This document shows positions 28,118 to 38,114 of a stretch of 64,000 nt of DNA, in pieces (the stretch's first letter is position 1; each line of letters opens with the position of its first letter). The notes beneath the pieces are model-generated. The model saw only the letters and a list, made by a program, of their open reading frames with translations, was not told the origin of the DNA and ran no database searches. The position numbers and the translations under genes were made by a program. The stretch comes from a virus. The stretch lies in IMG/VR virus record IMGVR_UViG_3300035232_000745; one strand, given 5' to 3'.

Positions 28118-28208
28118 AGTCTTATAGCTAAACAATAAATAGCTTCGTTATCAATAATGGTAACTTTTGTGAGCGACGGGGTAAAGCCGTCAAACAAAGG
28201 AGAAATAT

Positions 28209-29174
28209 ATGGAACTACTCACAGTGTGGAGCCTTGTCGGCTTCCTGCTAGCTGCTTATGCGGTAATAGCGAATGATTCAGTACAGACTCTCGGTACATG
28301 GATGGCATCAAACAATGAGAGATTTAGTTATAAAACATTATGGGCTGCAGCATCTGCCGTCTTATTAGCTACACTATGGTATGGTTGGAGCGTCAATGGT
28401 GGCGATATTAGTTATGGTCGTTTAAATAAGATTCCATGGCAAGAAGTACAATGGTATCATGCCGCGGCACCAGCAATATTAGTTGCATTAACTCGTATTG
28501 GTGTACCAGTATCAACATCATTTTTAGTTTTATCTGTATTCGCTTCAACGTTCGTGTTGGAAAAAATGCTAATGAAATCTATTATGGGTTATGGTGTAGC
28601 GGCTGCGTTTGCTTATCTTGTATGGTTTGCAATTCATAAGTATTTCGGTAGATGGTATGATGAAACTCAGCCAGTAAGCGAAAGTAATAAGAACTATTGG
28701 CGTGTTGCTCAATGGGTTGCTACAGGTGGTTTATGGTACACATGGCTATCACATGATATTGCTAACATAGCAGTATTTTTACCACGTCAAGTACCGGTAG
28801 ACTTAATGATACTTATATCATTTGTATTTGTCGGTGGATTGTTCTTTATGTTTAGAGAACGGGGTGGTAAGATCCAGCAAATCGTATTAGAGAAACATAA
28901 CACTCGATACGTACGATCGGCCACATTGATTGATTTATTCTATTGGTTGTGTCTATACTTCTTTAAAGAACTAAATGATATTCCTATGAGTACAACATGG
29001 GTTTTCGTTGGTTTACTTGCAGGTCGAGAACTTGCAATGGCTACATACTTTGGTAAAAAGAAAACAAAATCAGTATTTCCATTAGTTGCTAAAGACTTTG
29101 GAAAAATGATGGTTGGTCTTGGTGCTTCAGTAGCATTAGTATTACTTATTCATACTGTGATTAATCCAGTGTAA
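28209..29174 (+). CDS. multi-TM transporter, PiT/PHO4-related
   Basis: ANDSVQTLG/PVSTS and HDIANI/PMSTT inverted-repeat motifs. Confidence 0.65.
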   Translation: MELLTVWSLVGFLLAAYAVIANDSVQTLGTWMASNNERFSYKTLWAAASAVLLATLWYGWSVNGGDISYGRLNKIPWQEVQWYHAAAPAILVALTRIGVPVSTSFLVLSVFASTFVLEKMLMKSIMGYGVAAAFAYLVWFAIHKYFGRWYDETQPVSESNKNYWRVAQWVATGGLWYTWLSHDIANIAVFLPRQVPVDLMILISFVFVGGLFFMFRERGGKIQQIVLEKHNTRYVRSATLIDLFYWLCLYFFKELNDIPMSTTWVFVGLLAGRELAMATYFGKKKTKSVFPLVAKDFGKMMVGLGASVALVLLIHTVINPV

Positions 29175-29248
29175 TATTTTTATCACATATTACTTTTAAT
29201 GGGCCTCTTGTATTTACATTTGGCCCATTTTACATTATATATACTTAG

Positions 29249-29500
29249 TGAACGTTGAAGTGACGTGAATACGGATCGGACCGCGGGGCAGTACCGCGCA
29301 TCTCCACCACAAGCGCATTATGTGTGTTTTTGATGGGGATGAACTAGGATCGACGGACGGGATAGCTAAGTGGAGTTCATCGGGTGATCGCGTATAGATC
29401 AATTAAACTAAATGCAAATGAAAATTTCGCACCATCTGGTTATGCTCTAGCAGCATAAACACAGGGGGTTGGCAACTTACCTAGCAACAGAAAAGTTCGC
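29249..29500 (+). ncRNA. ssrA: circularly permuted two-piece tmRNA
   Basis: 3' CATCTCCACCA (ends 29309) lies before 5' GGGGATG (29335) with a G3-U70 pair; tag ANENFAPSGYALAA* at 29414-58; outer ends approximate. Confidence 0.92.
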
Positions 29501-29535
29501 ATACATACAAACTATTAGAAAAGGAAAGAAGTAGT

Positions 29536-30336
29536 ATGAATAAATTTTTAACAACAACAGCTTTAGTATTTTTAGGAACGTCAGCATTCGCAGAGGAAGC
29601 TGCTCCAGAAGCACCAGCGGCAGTCACACTCGGTGGCTCAATCGAAACAGTAATCGCAGAAGGTGCAAACGATAAGTACGGCGCTACTACTTCGTTCGAA
29701 CTTAATGGTAATCTTGCTAACGGCTTAGCAACAGGCTCAATGGATTTCGTAGTAGGTTCTTCAGATGAACTTAAATTAGACGAATGGTCAATGGGCACAA
29801 CAGTAGCAGGCATGGGTTTATCTTTCGGAGATCAAGGTAATGCATGGATCTCAACTGAAGCAGGTTCAACAATCGAAGAGCCAACTATGAATGAAAGCTT
29901 ACAAATTTCAGGTTTAGGCGCAACAGTAGCTCTTGGATTTACAAGTGTATCTACAGACGTAACAGATATTTCTAATGTTCAAGCAACATACGGTATGGAT
30001 CTTTCAATCCTCGAAATATCAACAGCTGGTGACTATAACATTGATTCACAAGACTGGGTAATTGCAGGTCGTGCAGATACAGCAGGAATGATTGACGGAG
30101 TTCGTTTAGGCGGTGCAATGTCTTACGGTTCAGCATCTGAAAATATTGGTTTTGAAGCTGACGCAACAGTAATGGGCGTAACTGCTTACTTATCTGGTGA
30201 TCAAGACGATATGGCTCAGCATGTAGGTGGTTCATATACATACAATCTAAAAGGTTTAGATCTTGAAGGTGCAGTAGATTATGACATCGATGCAGAAGCA
30301 TACACACCAAAAGCGACTTTAAGCTTTAACTTCTAA
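29536..30336 (+). CDS. outer-membrane porin
   Basis: signal peptide AFA, amphipathic strands, C-terminal LSFNF. Confidence 0.8.
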   Translation: MNKFLTTTALVFLGTSAFAEEAAPEAPAAVTLGGSIETVIAEGANDKYGATTSFELNGNLANGLATGSMDFVVGSSDELKLDEWSMGTTVAGMGLSFGDQGNAWISTEAGSTIEEPTMNESLQISGLGATVALGFTSVSTDVTDISNVQATYGMDLSILEISTAGDYNIDSQDWVIAGRADTAGMIDGVRLGGAMSYGSASENIGFEADATVMGVTAYLSGDQDDMAQHVGGSYTYNLKGLDLEGAVDYDIDAEAYTPKATLSFNF

Positions 30337-30381
30337 ACTTACTCTACACAGTAAATTGCATTAACTTACTCTACACAGTAA
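30336..30381 (+). repeat. 19-nt direct repeat x2, each a stem-loop
   Basis: AACTTACTCTACACAGTAA at 30336-54 and 30363-81. Confidence 0.9.
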
Positions 30382-30390
30382 GTTACATTT

Positions 30391-30414
30391 AAGGGAGCTT
30401 CGGCTCCCTTTTTT
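30391..30414 (+). terminator. rho-independent terminator
   Basis: GGGAGC-TTCG-GCTCCC plus T run. Confidence 0.9.
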
Positions 30415-30459
30415 GTTGTTATAAATAATATTACATCATTATAGAGAGGCGTTTACATT

Positions 30460-31002
30460 ATGACAAACAAATTAAAGCAACTCACTTGGGCACATCACCA
30501 AGCCGCAGAACGCAGAAAGTTTGCTAAGCAATTAATAAGCGGTGGTATTGATCCATTCGTATATTATAAATTTCTTAATTGCCAATATCTAGTCTACAAG
30601 TTATTAGAAGATATTGTAATTATTCCCCCACATCTTGCAACAATTTATAGGGCACCACGTATACTTCAAGATATTGAAGAACTTGGTGAGATCTACGGGT
30701 TTGATGATATTGATCATTATCCAGAATCTGTAGGCCGTTGTATGTCACACATGCAAGGTTTAGCTGATGCAGATGATAATGATGGTTTACTGTCTCATAT
30801 GTATGTAAGACACTTTGGTGAATTACACGGCGGACAAATCATTAAAGCTAAAACACCTGGGAAAGGTGTAATGTATGAATTTGAAGGTGATACTAAAGTT
30901 CTTATTGAAGAATTCAGAAAACTTTTACACGATGGCATGGAAGTAGAAGCTAAACGTTGTTTCGACTTTGCTTCAGAACTGTTTGACGAATTATCTAAAT
31001 AA
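30460..31002 (+). CDS. heme oxygenase
   Basis: T...H..AE proximal His, HMYVRHFGELHGGQII; late promoter at 30420-27. Confidence 0.9.
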   Translation: MTNKLKQLTWAHHQAAERRKFAKQLISGGIDPFVYYKFLNCQYLVYKLLEDIVIIPPHLATIYRAPRILQDIEELGEIYGFDDIDHYPESVGRCMSHMQGLADADDNDGLLSHMYVRHFGELHGGQIIKAKTPGKGVMYEFEGDTKVLIEEFRKLLHDGMEVEAKRCFDFASELFDELSK

Positions 31003-31064
31003 ACGTTTACATATACGTAAAAATATGGTATTATAAATTAATAATCTATACAAGGAGGAATACA

Positions 31065-31232
31065 ATGCATAATGAAGCATTAGAAGAAGTTAACCTCAAG
31101 CCAAAGCCTCGTGCTTTAAGGATGTTGCGAAGTAGAGCAGCACGAACCAGGCGAAGACTTCAGAAATCAATATCTGAAACTAGATTAGTAAATGAATATA
31201 ATAAATTAAGAAGGCTACGTAAAAAGAAATGA
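31065..31232 (+). CDS. small very basic protein (55 aa, not in ORF track)
   Basis: GGAGG SD, Arg/Lys-rich, ATGA overlap with next ORF. Confidence 0.65.
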   Translation: MHNEALEEVNLKPKPRALRMLRSRAARTRRRLQKSISETRLVNEYNKLRRLRKKK

Positions 31233-31957
31233 TTTTCCATAGAAGGAAAAAAATAACGGTAGATGCTTTTACAGATCAGGAAAATATTGCAAAATATCCA
31301 ATAGAAAGATCTAATAAGCATTTACCGAGTTGGTTTACTGACATGAAAACCGTAATAAAAAAGAAAAGCACTCAAGGATTAGTAGGAAAAACTGCTACGT
31401 TTAAAATGTGTCAAGGCTTTCAAGATAATATTAATAATAGCTTTACTATTTCATTATGGGCAGATTTGATGTTTAGAGTAGAAGTAGATGGAACGTTTTC
31501 ATACCAATACCCAAATAAACTTTGCAACTTTGGAATGGAATCTCATAATAGTCCTGAAGCAACTCCAATGGGTGAATTTGCACCGCTTAAGCATTTAAAG
31601 ATATTTTCGCCCTGGGTTTTAAGAGAAAAAACTGGTGTAAACTTCTATTGGTCTCAAGCTTTTTGGTCTTATGGCGCAGCTGCATCAGATATGCTTATTC
31701 CGCCTGGTGTCGTTAATTACAAATATCAGAATGGAACACATATTAATTTAATGATACAGGCTGGAAAACAATTAGATTTAGACGCAGGTCAACCTCTCGT
31801 TTATCTACATCCTTTAACTGAAAACAAAGTAGAAATCAAAACTCATGTAGTAGATACAAAAGAGTATGAAAAATTAAAGCATGCAACAGTCTATAACAAG
31901 TTTGTAGGCGGATATAAAACACATAAGAAGAACTCAAAATGCACCCACTCTGGATAA
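31229..31957 (+). CDS. hypothetical beta-rich protein (DUF6065-like)
   Basis: P.WF, T.K.C.G, PW...G, PG.V, G.PL..L.P pattern. Confidence 0.65.
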   Translation: MIFHRRKKITVDAFTDQENIAKYPIERSNKHLPSWFTDMKTVIKKKSTQGLVGKTATFKMCQGFQDNINNSFTISLWADLMFRVEVDGTFSYQYPNKLCNFGMESHNSPEATPMGEFAPLKHLKIFSPWVLREKTGVNFYWSQAFWSYGAAASDMLIPPGVVNYKYQNGTHINLMIQAGKQLDLDAGQPLVYLHPLTENKVEIKTHVVDTKEYEKLKHATVYNKFVGGYKTHKKNSKCTHSG

Positions 31958-32622
31958 GACTAAACGAATATGCTGATCATCTTACACAATGCTTTGATCA
32001 GCAATTTACTCGTTATAATAACGAAAAGTATACAGAAGATCTAAAATTTAAAGATTGGAAAGATACTTTTTGGAAATCCGAACAAGTAAGTAAAGTCCAT
32101 CTTAAAACTATTGTACCTGATGATGGTAAAGGTTTATGGCTTATGCATATTAATATATTTCCAAGAGTAGGCATTGAACTGCCGATTTTGGGATTTGATA
32201 TTGTAGCAGGACCTAAAAAAATTACAGGTTCGTTTATGGACTTTTCACCACTGCATGGTTATGATCATGCTTATAATGATTATATGGCGAAAAAAGTTTA
32301 CGGTATCGAATGGAATAAACCACGAGAACTACCCGAATGGGCTAAAGAAATTTTCTCTGATAATATGCTAGCTGTTGGCAATATTAGAGATGGCGAAGAA
32401 CTAGACCAGTTTATGGCCATAACAAAAGATTTGGTTGATCATTACTTAACTAATCTTAAAGACAGTGCGTTTGTATCAAATCGTGATACAAAACCATTAC
32501 TTAACAAATACTGCACAAATCAAAAGATGAACCCTCATCTTCATAGATCTATTTTAGCTATGGGTATTTCAGAGGAAGGAAAAAACCAATACGTCGACGA
32601 CGTTCTATTTGAGGTAATTTAA
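31939..32622 (+). CDS. ferredoxin-dependent bilin reductase (PcyA/PcyX-like)
   Basis: WLMHINIFP..LPILGFDIVAG, DFSP, RELPEWA..IFS, YC.NQK.NP. Confidence 0.88.
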   Translation: MHPLWIRLNEYADHLTQCFDQQFTRYNNEKYTEDLKFKDWKDTFWKSEQVSKVHLKTIVPDDGKGLWLMHINIFPRVGIELPILGFDIVAGPKKITGSFMDFSPLHGYDHAYNDYMAKKVYGIEWNKPRELPEWAKEIFSDNMLAVGNIRDGEELDQFMAITKDLVDHYLTNLKDSAFVSNRDTKPLLNKYCTNQKMNPHLHRSILAMGISEEGKNQYVDDVLFEVI

Positions 32623-32781
32623 ATGGAAAAAGGGTTTACAATTAATGCATGTTGTAGTAGAGTAAACATAATATCTGAATCACAAACATTGACATTCGGC
32701 GAACACTTGTTCCTCGTGACTGTAGTTCATTGTTCTAATTGTGGTTCAATTAAAGCAACTACTAATATTAAGGAACACAAA

Positions 32782-32982
32782 ATGGCAGGCGATACTATAA
32801 TAGTAGAAAAAGCAGGAAAAACACTTAAGGCTGAATATTTTACAACAACAGATGGTTGTGGATGCAGATTTTTTATTAACGAAGAATTTATTCAAGAAGA
32901 ATTATATCAAGGTAAATCTATTACATGGGCAGAAAGTGCTGCGAGTAATTGGTTGTCTGGGGTGAAAACATTAAATGGATAA
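32782..32982 (+). CDS. hypothetical protein
   Basis: start at MAGDT after AAGGA SD. Confidence 0.6.
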   Translation: MAGDTIIVEKAGKTLKAEYFTTTDGCGCRFFINEEFIQEELYQGKSITWAESAASNWLSGVKTLNG

Positions 32983-33229
32983 TAAGGAAAAGGTTATAAA
33001 TCCAAGAACTCCAGAAAAAGTACACCACGATATATCATATATGTTACAAACTGGCGTTAACTATGTTGATGCTCTTGTTGAATATGCTCGTAAAAATGAT
33101 TTAGAAATAGAGGCGGTTGCTGATATTGTTAAAAAGTCTTCGATCTTAAAAGAGAAAGTAAGAAACGAAGCTGTTAAAATGAAAATGGTTATAAGAGAAG
33201 ATGATAAAGACATCACAGAGCTTTGCTAA
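32975..33229 (+). CDS. 33: late transcription coactivator gp33
   Basis: YVDALVEYA..N.LE.E..A.I...LKEK..EA; position before gp59. Confidence 0.85.
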   Translation: MDNKEKVINPRTPEKVHHDISYMLQTGVNYVDALVEYARKNDLEIEAVADIVKKSSILKEKVRNEAVKMKMVIREDDKDITELC

Positions 33230-33803
33230 TGAAGAGTCGTTTAATTGTTACGTAAAGTATCTTGCTATGAAAAAGCATTTTACTACTGATCAATACGACT
33301 ATCATAAGTACAGAGGAAAGATTAGAGCTTCATTCGATACGTATCGTACTCGTAATGATGTTTTCTTCTTCCATAAGCTTGCTCAAAAAGATGATCCAGA
33401 GAAATTACTAATGGCTAACATGATAGTTAAGCCTAATATATGGATAAGAGAAATTCTTGAGCAAGCAGGTGAAGATCGATATATTGACTGGTTGAAGAAG
33501 CGAGACTCGCTTACTCGCGTAGTTAAAGAAGATCTAACCAAATTAAGAGACGTATATCAGGATAATTTTGTTTCAGTTAATGGACAACATCCTGAGATAT
33601 TACGTCTCTTTATACAAAGACAAATAACACTTGAAACTTTTACGATACTTACGCATTCCGCAAAGATATTTGATTATTGGGATGCAAATTTGGTTGACAA
33701 AATCGTGGCACGTGATATTATAAGACTATCTAAGAAGTATTATCCTTTCTTAGATATAGATCAAAAAAAGTTTAAAAAGGTTATCAAAGACTACTTCTTT
33801 TGA
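33201..33803 (+). CDS. 59: helicase loader gp59
   Basis: YLAMKKHF...YDY.KY.GK, R.D.FFF.KL. Confidence 0.9.
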   Translation: MIKTSQSFANEESFNCYVKYLAMKKHFTTDQYDYHKYRGKIRASFDTYRTRNDVFFFHKLAQKDDPEKLLMANMIVKPNIWIREILEQAGEDRYIDWLKKRDSLTRVVKEDLTKLRDVYQDNFVSVNGQHPEILRLFIQRQITLETFTILTHSAKIFDYWDANLVDKIVARDIIRLSKKYYPFLDIDQKKFKKVIKDYFF

Positions 33804-33887
33804 TATAAATAGATGGTGGACACATTCCACATATACATCGCAATATAAAACAAACGCTATACAACGCAAAATTAGGAGAAATAAACC

Positions 33888-34814
33888 ATGACTATGGATT
33901 TCAACGCACTGAAAAAGAATCGTTCAACATCACTTAACAAGTTGAACTCACAGCTCGAAAAGATTACACAGAAGAGCTACTCAGACCCCAACGAAGGTAA
34001 AATTTGGAAGCCTACCCGCGATAAAGCTGGTAATGGCTTTGCTATTATTCGTTTCCTACCAGCAGCACAAGGTGAAGAGATGCCTTTTGTTCGTGTATGG
34101 GATCACGGTTTCCAAGGCCCAACAGGCTTATGGTATATCGAAAACTCACTTACAACTATTAACGTAGACGATCCCGTTTCAGAGTATAACTCTAAACTAT
34201 GGAATTCAGGTATTGAATCTGATAAAGAAATTGCTCGTAAGCAAAAGCGTCGTCTTAAGTATTTCGCAAACGTTTTAGTTGTCAAAGACTCAGCAAATCC
34301 TGAAAACGACGGCAAAGTATTCATGTACCAGTTTGGTGCAAAGATCTTTGAAAAGTTGAACGATTTGATGAACCCACAGTTCGACGATGAAACAGCAATC
34401 AATCCGTTTGATTTCTGGGAAGGTGCTAACTTCCGTCTCAAGATTCAAAAAGTAGCTGGTTATCCCAACTATGATAAATCAGACTTTGATAGCGTATCAG
34501 CAATTGCTGATGATGATTCAGAGATCGAACGTATTTGGAATCAACAGCACAAGTTGCAAGACATGGTTGATCCAAAGAACTTTAAATCATATTCAGAATT
34601 GAAAGCAAAACTTTACAGAGTTCTTGCTCTTGATGAAGAAGCTTCGACACCTTCTACAGCTGAAGAAGATGATGATTTAGATCTAAGCAGCTTCGGTAAT
34701 AAGTCGGCCCCAGAACCTACTTTAAAAGAAGCTATGCCAGCTCAAGCGGCAAGTGTACCTATGGACGATGATGACGACGACCTCTCAATTTTTAAGGAAC
34801 TAGCGAATGGTTAG
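33888..34814 (+). CDS. 32: single-stranded DNA-binding protein gp32
   Basis: DKAGNGFAIIRFLP, WYIEN, FDFWEGANFRLK, acidic tail. Confidence 0.97.
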   Translation: MTMDFNALKKNRSTSLNKLNSQLEKITQKSYSDPNEGKIWKPTRDKAGNGFAIIRFLPAAQGEEMPFVRVWDHGFQGPTGLWYIENSLTTINVDDPVSEYNSKLWNSGIESDKEIARKQKRRLKYFANVLVVKDSANPENDGKVFMYQFGAKIFEKLNDLMNPQFDDETAINPFDFWEGANFRLKIQKVAGYPNYDKSDFDSVSAIADDDSEIERIWNQQHKLQDMVDPKNFKSYSELKAKLYRVLALDEEASTPSTAEEDDDLDLSSFGNKSAPEPTLKEAMPAQAASVPMDDDDDDLSIFKELANG

Positions 34815-35133
34815 TAAAACCTACGAAGAGGTTTTAGATTTTGACTTCGGCTTCAGCTTCATTGATGAAGAGCTTCAGGAAAAAGAAGCTGCGGCCGAGG
34901 AAAAAATTCAAGAAGTCAGTAACGAAAAACAATCACTTGAGGACCAACTCAATGATGCTAAAGTAGCTGCTGACGACTTTGAATATCGTCTAGAACTTCT
35001 ATATAAATCAATTACTCCGTTCTTAGATAATCTTTGTAAGAACGAAGAAAAATCAACAATTTATTGGCCTGATCGAGTAAGTAAGATCGAGGCCTATAAG
35101 ACTAAATTATATAGTATTGTAGAGGGAAAATAA
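34807..35133 (+). CDS. conserved hypothetical protein
   Basis: DFDFGFS...P.L.NL.KN..K..IYWP.R. Confidence 0.7.
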   Translation: MVSKTYEEVLDFDFGFSFIDEELQEKEAAAEEKIQEVSNEKQSLEDQLNDAKVAADDFEYRLELLYKSITPFLDNLCKNEEKSTIYWPDRVSKIEAYKTKLYSIVEGK

Positions 35134-35134
35134 T

Positions 35135-36208
35135 ATGAGTCTATTAGACAAACTAGTGAAAAACAGCACGATTAAAATGACGGCTCCTCTTATGGACTCT
35201 AAAGTTTACGGCAAAAAAGACATGGCACCTACACAGGTTCCAATGGTAAATGTCGCGTTATCAGGTAGAATTGATGGCGGTGTTGTTCCAGGCTTGCTAG
35301 TATTAGCAGGTCCTTCTAAGCACTTTAAATCAGCATTCGCATTGTTGATGGCTGGTGCTTATATGAAAGCAAATCCAGATGCTGTACTATTATTTTATGA
35401 TGCAGAATTTGGTACACCTCAAGCTTACTTCGAATCTTTCGATATTGATATGGATCGTGTAGTACATACTCCAATTACAAATGTTGAAGAACTTAAGTTT
35501 GATATCTCTCATCAGCTTGATCAAGTTGAAAAGGGTGAACAAGTTATCGTTGTTATTGACTCTGTTGGTAACTTAGCTTCTAAGAAAGAAGTAGATGACG
35601 CACTTGATGGTAAGTCAGTTGCAGATATGTCTCGAGCAAAAGCTCTTAAGTCTTTGTTTCGAATTGTTACGCCGCATCTTAATCTTAAAGATATTCCGCT
35701 CATTGCTGTTAACCACACATACAAAGAGATCGGTCTATATCCTAAAGATATTATTTCTGGCGGTACAGGCATTTATTATTCAGCAGATGCTATTTGGATT
35801 ATCGGTCGCCAACAAGATAAAGTTGGTACAGAAATTCAAGGCTATCACTTCGTTATTAATATCGAAAAATCAAGACACGTTAAGGAAAAATCTAAGATTC
35901 CAATCTCAGTGTCATGGGATGGTGGTATTATGAAATGGTCGGGTCTAATGGATGTGGCTGAAAAAGGTGGCTATCTTAACAAGCCTAAAGTTGGATGGTA
36001 TGAAGCTATTAATCCTGAAACTGGTGAAGTCATATCTGAAAAGCTTATGCGTGCCAAAGAAGTTAACGATAATAAAGAGTTTTGGCTAAAAATGTTTGAA
36101 GAAACTAATTTTGCTTCTTACATCAAGAGTCACTTTACAATCGGAGCTGGTGGTTCGATCATGAGAAACGATGACGACGAAGTTATTGAAGAGACCTCAG
36201 TCGAATAA
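35135..36208 (+). CDS. uvsX: RecA-like recombinase
   Basis: AGPSKHFKS, DSVGNLASKKE, DMSRAK, GGTG..YSAD. Confidence 0.96.
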   Translation: MSLLDKLVKNSTIKMTAPLMDSKVYGKKDMAPTQVPMVNVALSGRIDGGVVPGLLVLAGPSKHFKSAFALLMAGAYMKANPDAVLLFYDAEFGTPQAYFESFDIDMDRVVHTPITNVEELKFDISHQLDQVEKGEQVIVVIDSVGNLASKKEVDDALDGKSVADMSRAKALKSLFRIVTPHLNLKDIPLIAVNHTYKEIGLYPKDIISGGTGIYYSADAIWIIGRQQDKVGTEIQGYHFVINIEKSRHVKEKSKIPISVSWDGGIMKWSGLMDVAEKGGYLNKPKVGWYEAINPETGEVISEKLMRAKEVNDNKEFWLKMFEETNFASYIKSHFTIGAGGSIMRNDDDEVIEETSVE

Positions 36209-36301
36209 GGTTGACATTTTCAACTTAATGTTTTACTATAAATTTGTGGCGGGTAATTATGTTGCTCGCCACAATTCAACTTAGAATTCTGGGAATATAT
36301 A

Positions 36302-37732
36302 ATGATCGAAGCAACAGTACTATCTAATCTGATATTTAATGAAGACTACTTTAGAAAAGTATATCCTTATATTAAAACAGATTACTTTGAAGACCACAAT
36401 CTTCAAAAGATATTCAACACTTACTCCGAGTATGTAGATGAATATCGTGATCCTCCATCAATAGAGGTTCTAAAATTACAACTTGATAAAAAGAAAGATA
36501 TGAACGAGGATACGTATAAAAACGTAATGTCCTCTGTAGATACACTAAAAGTTGATGAGAAAACAGACTTTGATTGGCTAGTTAAAGAAACTGAGAAGTT
36601 TTGCCAAGATAGAGATCTATACAATGCAATCCGTAAAGCAATCTTAGTTGTTGATGGATCAGAAACTGAATTAAGTAAAGACGGTTTACCAGCGCTACTT
36701 CAGGACTCATTAGGTATAAGCTTTGATACAAGTGTAGGCCATGATTTTCTTGAAGACTATGAAGCACGTTATGACTTCTATCACAAGAAAGAAGAGCGTA
36801 TTCCTTTTGATATAGATATTATGAATAAGATTACGAAGGGTGGTTTGCCTCGTAAATCAATGACAGTTCTTTTGGCTACAACTGGTGGCGGTAAATCTTT
36901 AGTTAAATGCCATGCCGCAGCAGCAGCTTTACTTCATGGTAAAAACGTATTATATATTACTATGGAAATGGCTGAAGAACGTATTTCAGAACGCATAGAT
37001 GCTAATATGCTTAATGTTACTATTGATGAAGTAGCTGAAATGCCACGCGATGTATACTACAAACGTATGGAACGCATCAAAGGCAAATCAACTGGCAAGT
37101 TAGTTGTTAAAGAATTCCCAACAGGTTCTGCACACGTAGGTCACTTTCGTCATCTCTTAACAGAGCTACGAATGAAACGTAACTTCAAACCAGATATTAT
37201 TATGATTGATTATCTAAACATATGTGCATCAGCTCGTGTCAAAGGTGCTGCTGCAGCTAATTCATATACATTAGTTAAGTCAATTGCAGAGGAGGTACGT
37301 GGTCTTGCGATGGAATACAATTGTGCTGTTATTACTTCGTCTCAATTTAATCGTGACGGGTACGGGAATACTGACGTTGATCTTACTAATACTTCTGAAA
37401 GTATGGGAATAACACATACTGCTGATTGCATATTAGGTCTAATTACAACAGAAGAATTAGATAATCTAGGCCAGCTTATGATTAAACAATTAAAGAATAG
37501 ATGGGGTGATTTAAGTTACTATCGTAGATTTGTTGTAGGTATTGATAGAGCTAAGATGCAACTATACGATCTTGAAGATGGAGCACAAAATTTAAGTCAA
37601 GCTCCAGCAGTTGCTAATACAATGCCAAGACCTTCCGTTTCTTTTAGTGATGATAATGGTCCAGTATTTGATAAAGGTCCACTTGGCAGAGTTGATAAGA
37701 AATCATTGTTCGGTGCAGGAGGGATTTCATGA
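36302..37732 (+). CDS. 41: DnaB-like replicative helicase gp41
   Basis: TKGGLP, ATTGGGKS, EMAEE.I.ERIDAN, DYLNIC, QLKNR. Confidence 0.96.
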   Translation: MIEATVLSNLIFNEDYFRKVYPYIKTDYFEDHNLQKIFNTYSEYVDEYRDPPSIEVLKLQLDKKKDMNEDTYKNVMSSVDTLKVDEKTDFDWLVKETEKFCQDRDLYNAIRKAILVVDGSETELSKDGLPALLQDSLGISFDTSVGHDFLEDYEARYDFYHKKEERIPFDIDIMNKITKGGLPRKSMTVLLATTGGGKSLVKCHAAAAALLHGKNVLYITMEMAEERISERIDANMLNVTIDEVAEMPRDVYYKRMERIKGKSTGKLVVKEFPTGSAHVGHFRHLLTELRMKRNFKPDIIMIDYLNICASARVKGAAAANSYTLVKSIAEEVRGLAMEYNCAVITSSQFNRDGYGNTDVDLTNTSESMGITHTADCILGLITTEELDNLGQLMIKQLKNRWGDLSYYRRFVVGIDRAKMQLYDLEDGAQNLSQAPAVANTMPRPSVSFSDDNGPVFDKGPLGRVDKKSLFGAGGIS

Positions 37733-37923
37733 GTTACGTAGTGTTTACTTCATTGAAGAATAAAAAGAAATACGATATCGTAGAAACAAAATGGAATACA
37801 AGAATTGAATTAAGAATTGCTAAGAACGAAGCAAACAAGTTAGCTCGTAGACTTAATCTTGGTAATGGGTTTGGTTCTGGTCCTGTACCAGCTTTCTTCT
37901 GCATAAAAACATCAAACGCGTGA
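37729..37923 (+). CDS. small hypothetical protein
   Basis: coupled ORF, LNLG.GF...P.FF. Confidence 0.6.
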   Translation: MSYVVFTSLKNKKKYDIVETKWNTRIELRIAKNEANKLARRLNLGNGFGSGPVPAFFCIKTSNA

Positions 37924-38114
37924 TGAAAAAGATAGTTCTTGTAAGAAATCGCATGTTGCTTTCTGCTTTGTTGAAAGCGTTAATTCGTTATATGAACTAT
38001 CAAGAAAAAACTAAAAAATATATTAACCCTAAATCTCAATGGTCCGGGGTTAATAATACAGAAGAAACTCTTATGCTTCAAGTTAAGAGAGTTTTAGAAA
38101 GACGATTGGGTTAA
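37920..38114 (+). CDS. small hypothetical protein
   Basis: coupled ORF. Confidence 0.45.
   Translation: MMKKIVLVRNRMLLSALLKALIRYMNYQEKTKKYINPKSQWSGVNNTEETLMLQVKRVLERRLG

Noticed and set aside
30336-30381. Mini CRISPR array
   Set aside because: Only two 19-nt repeats with an 8-nt gap, and no cas genes.
30460-32622. Cyanophage assignment based on heme oxygenase and bilin reductase
   Set aside because: No photosynthesis genes in the window; tmRNA tag, ALAS, atpE, DUF1127 and pseudoazurin all point to an alphaproteobacterial host.
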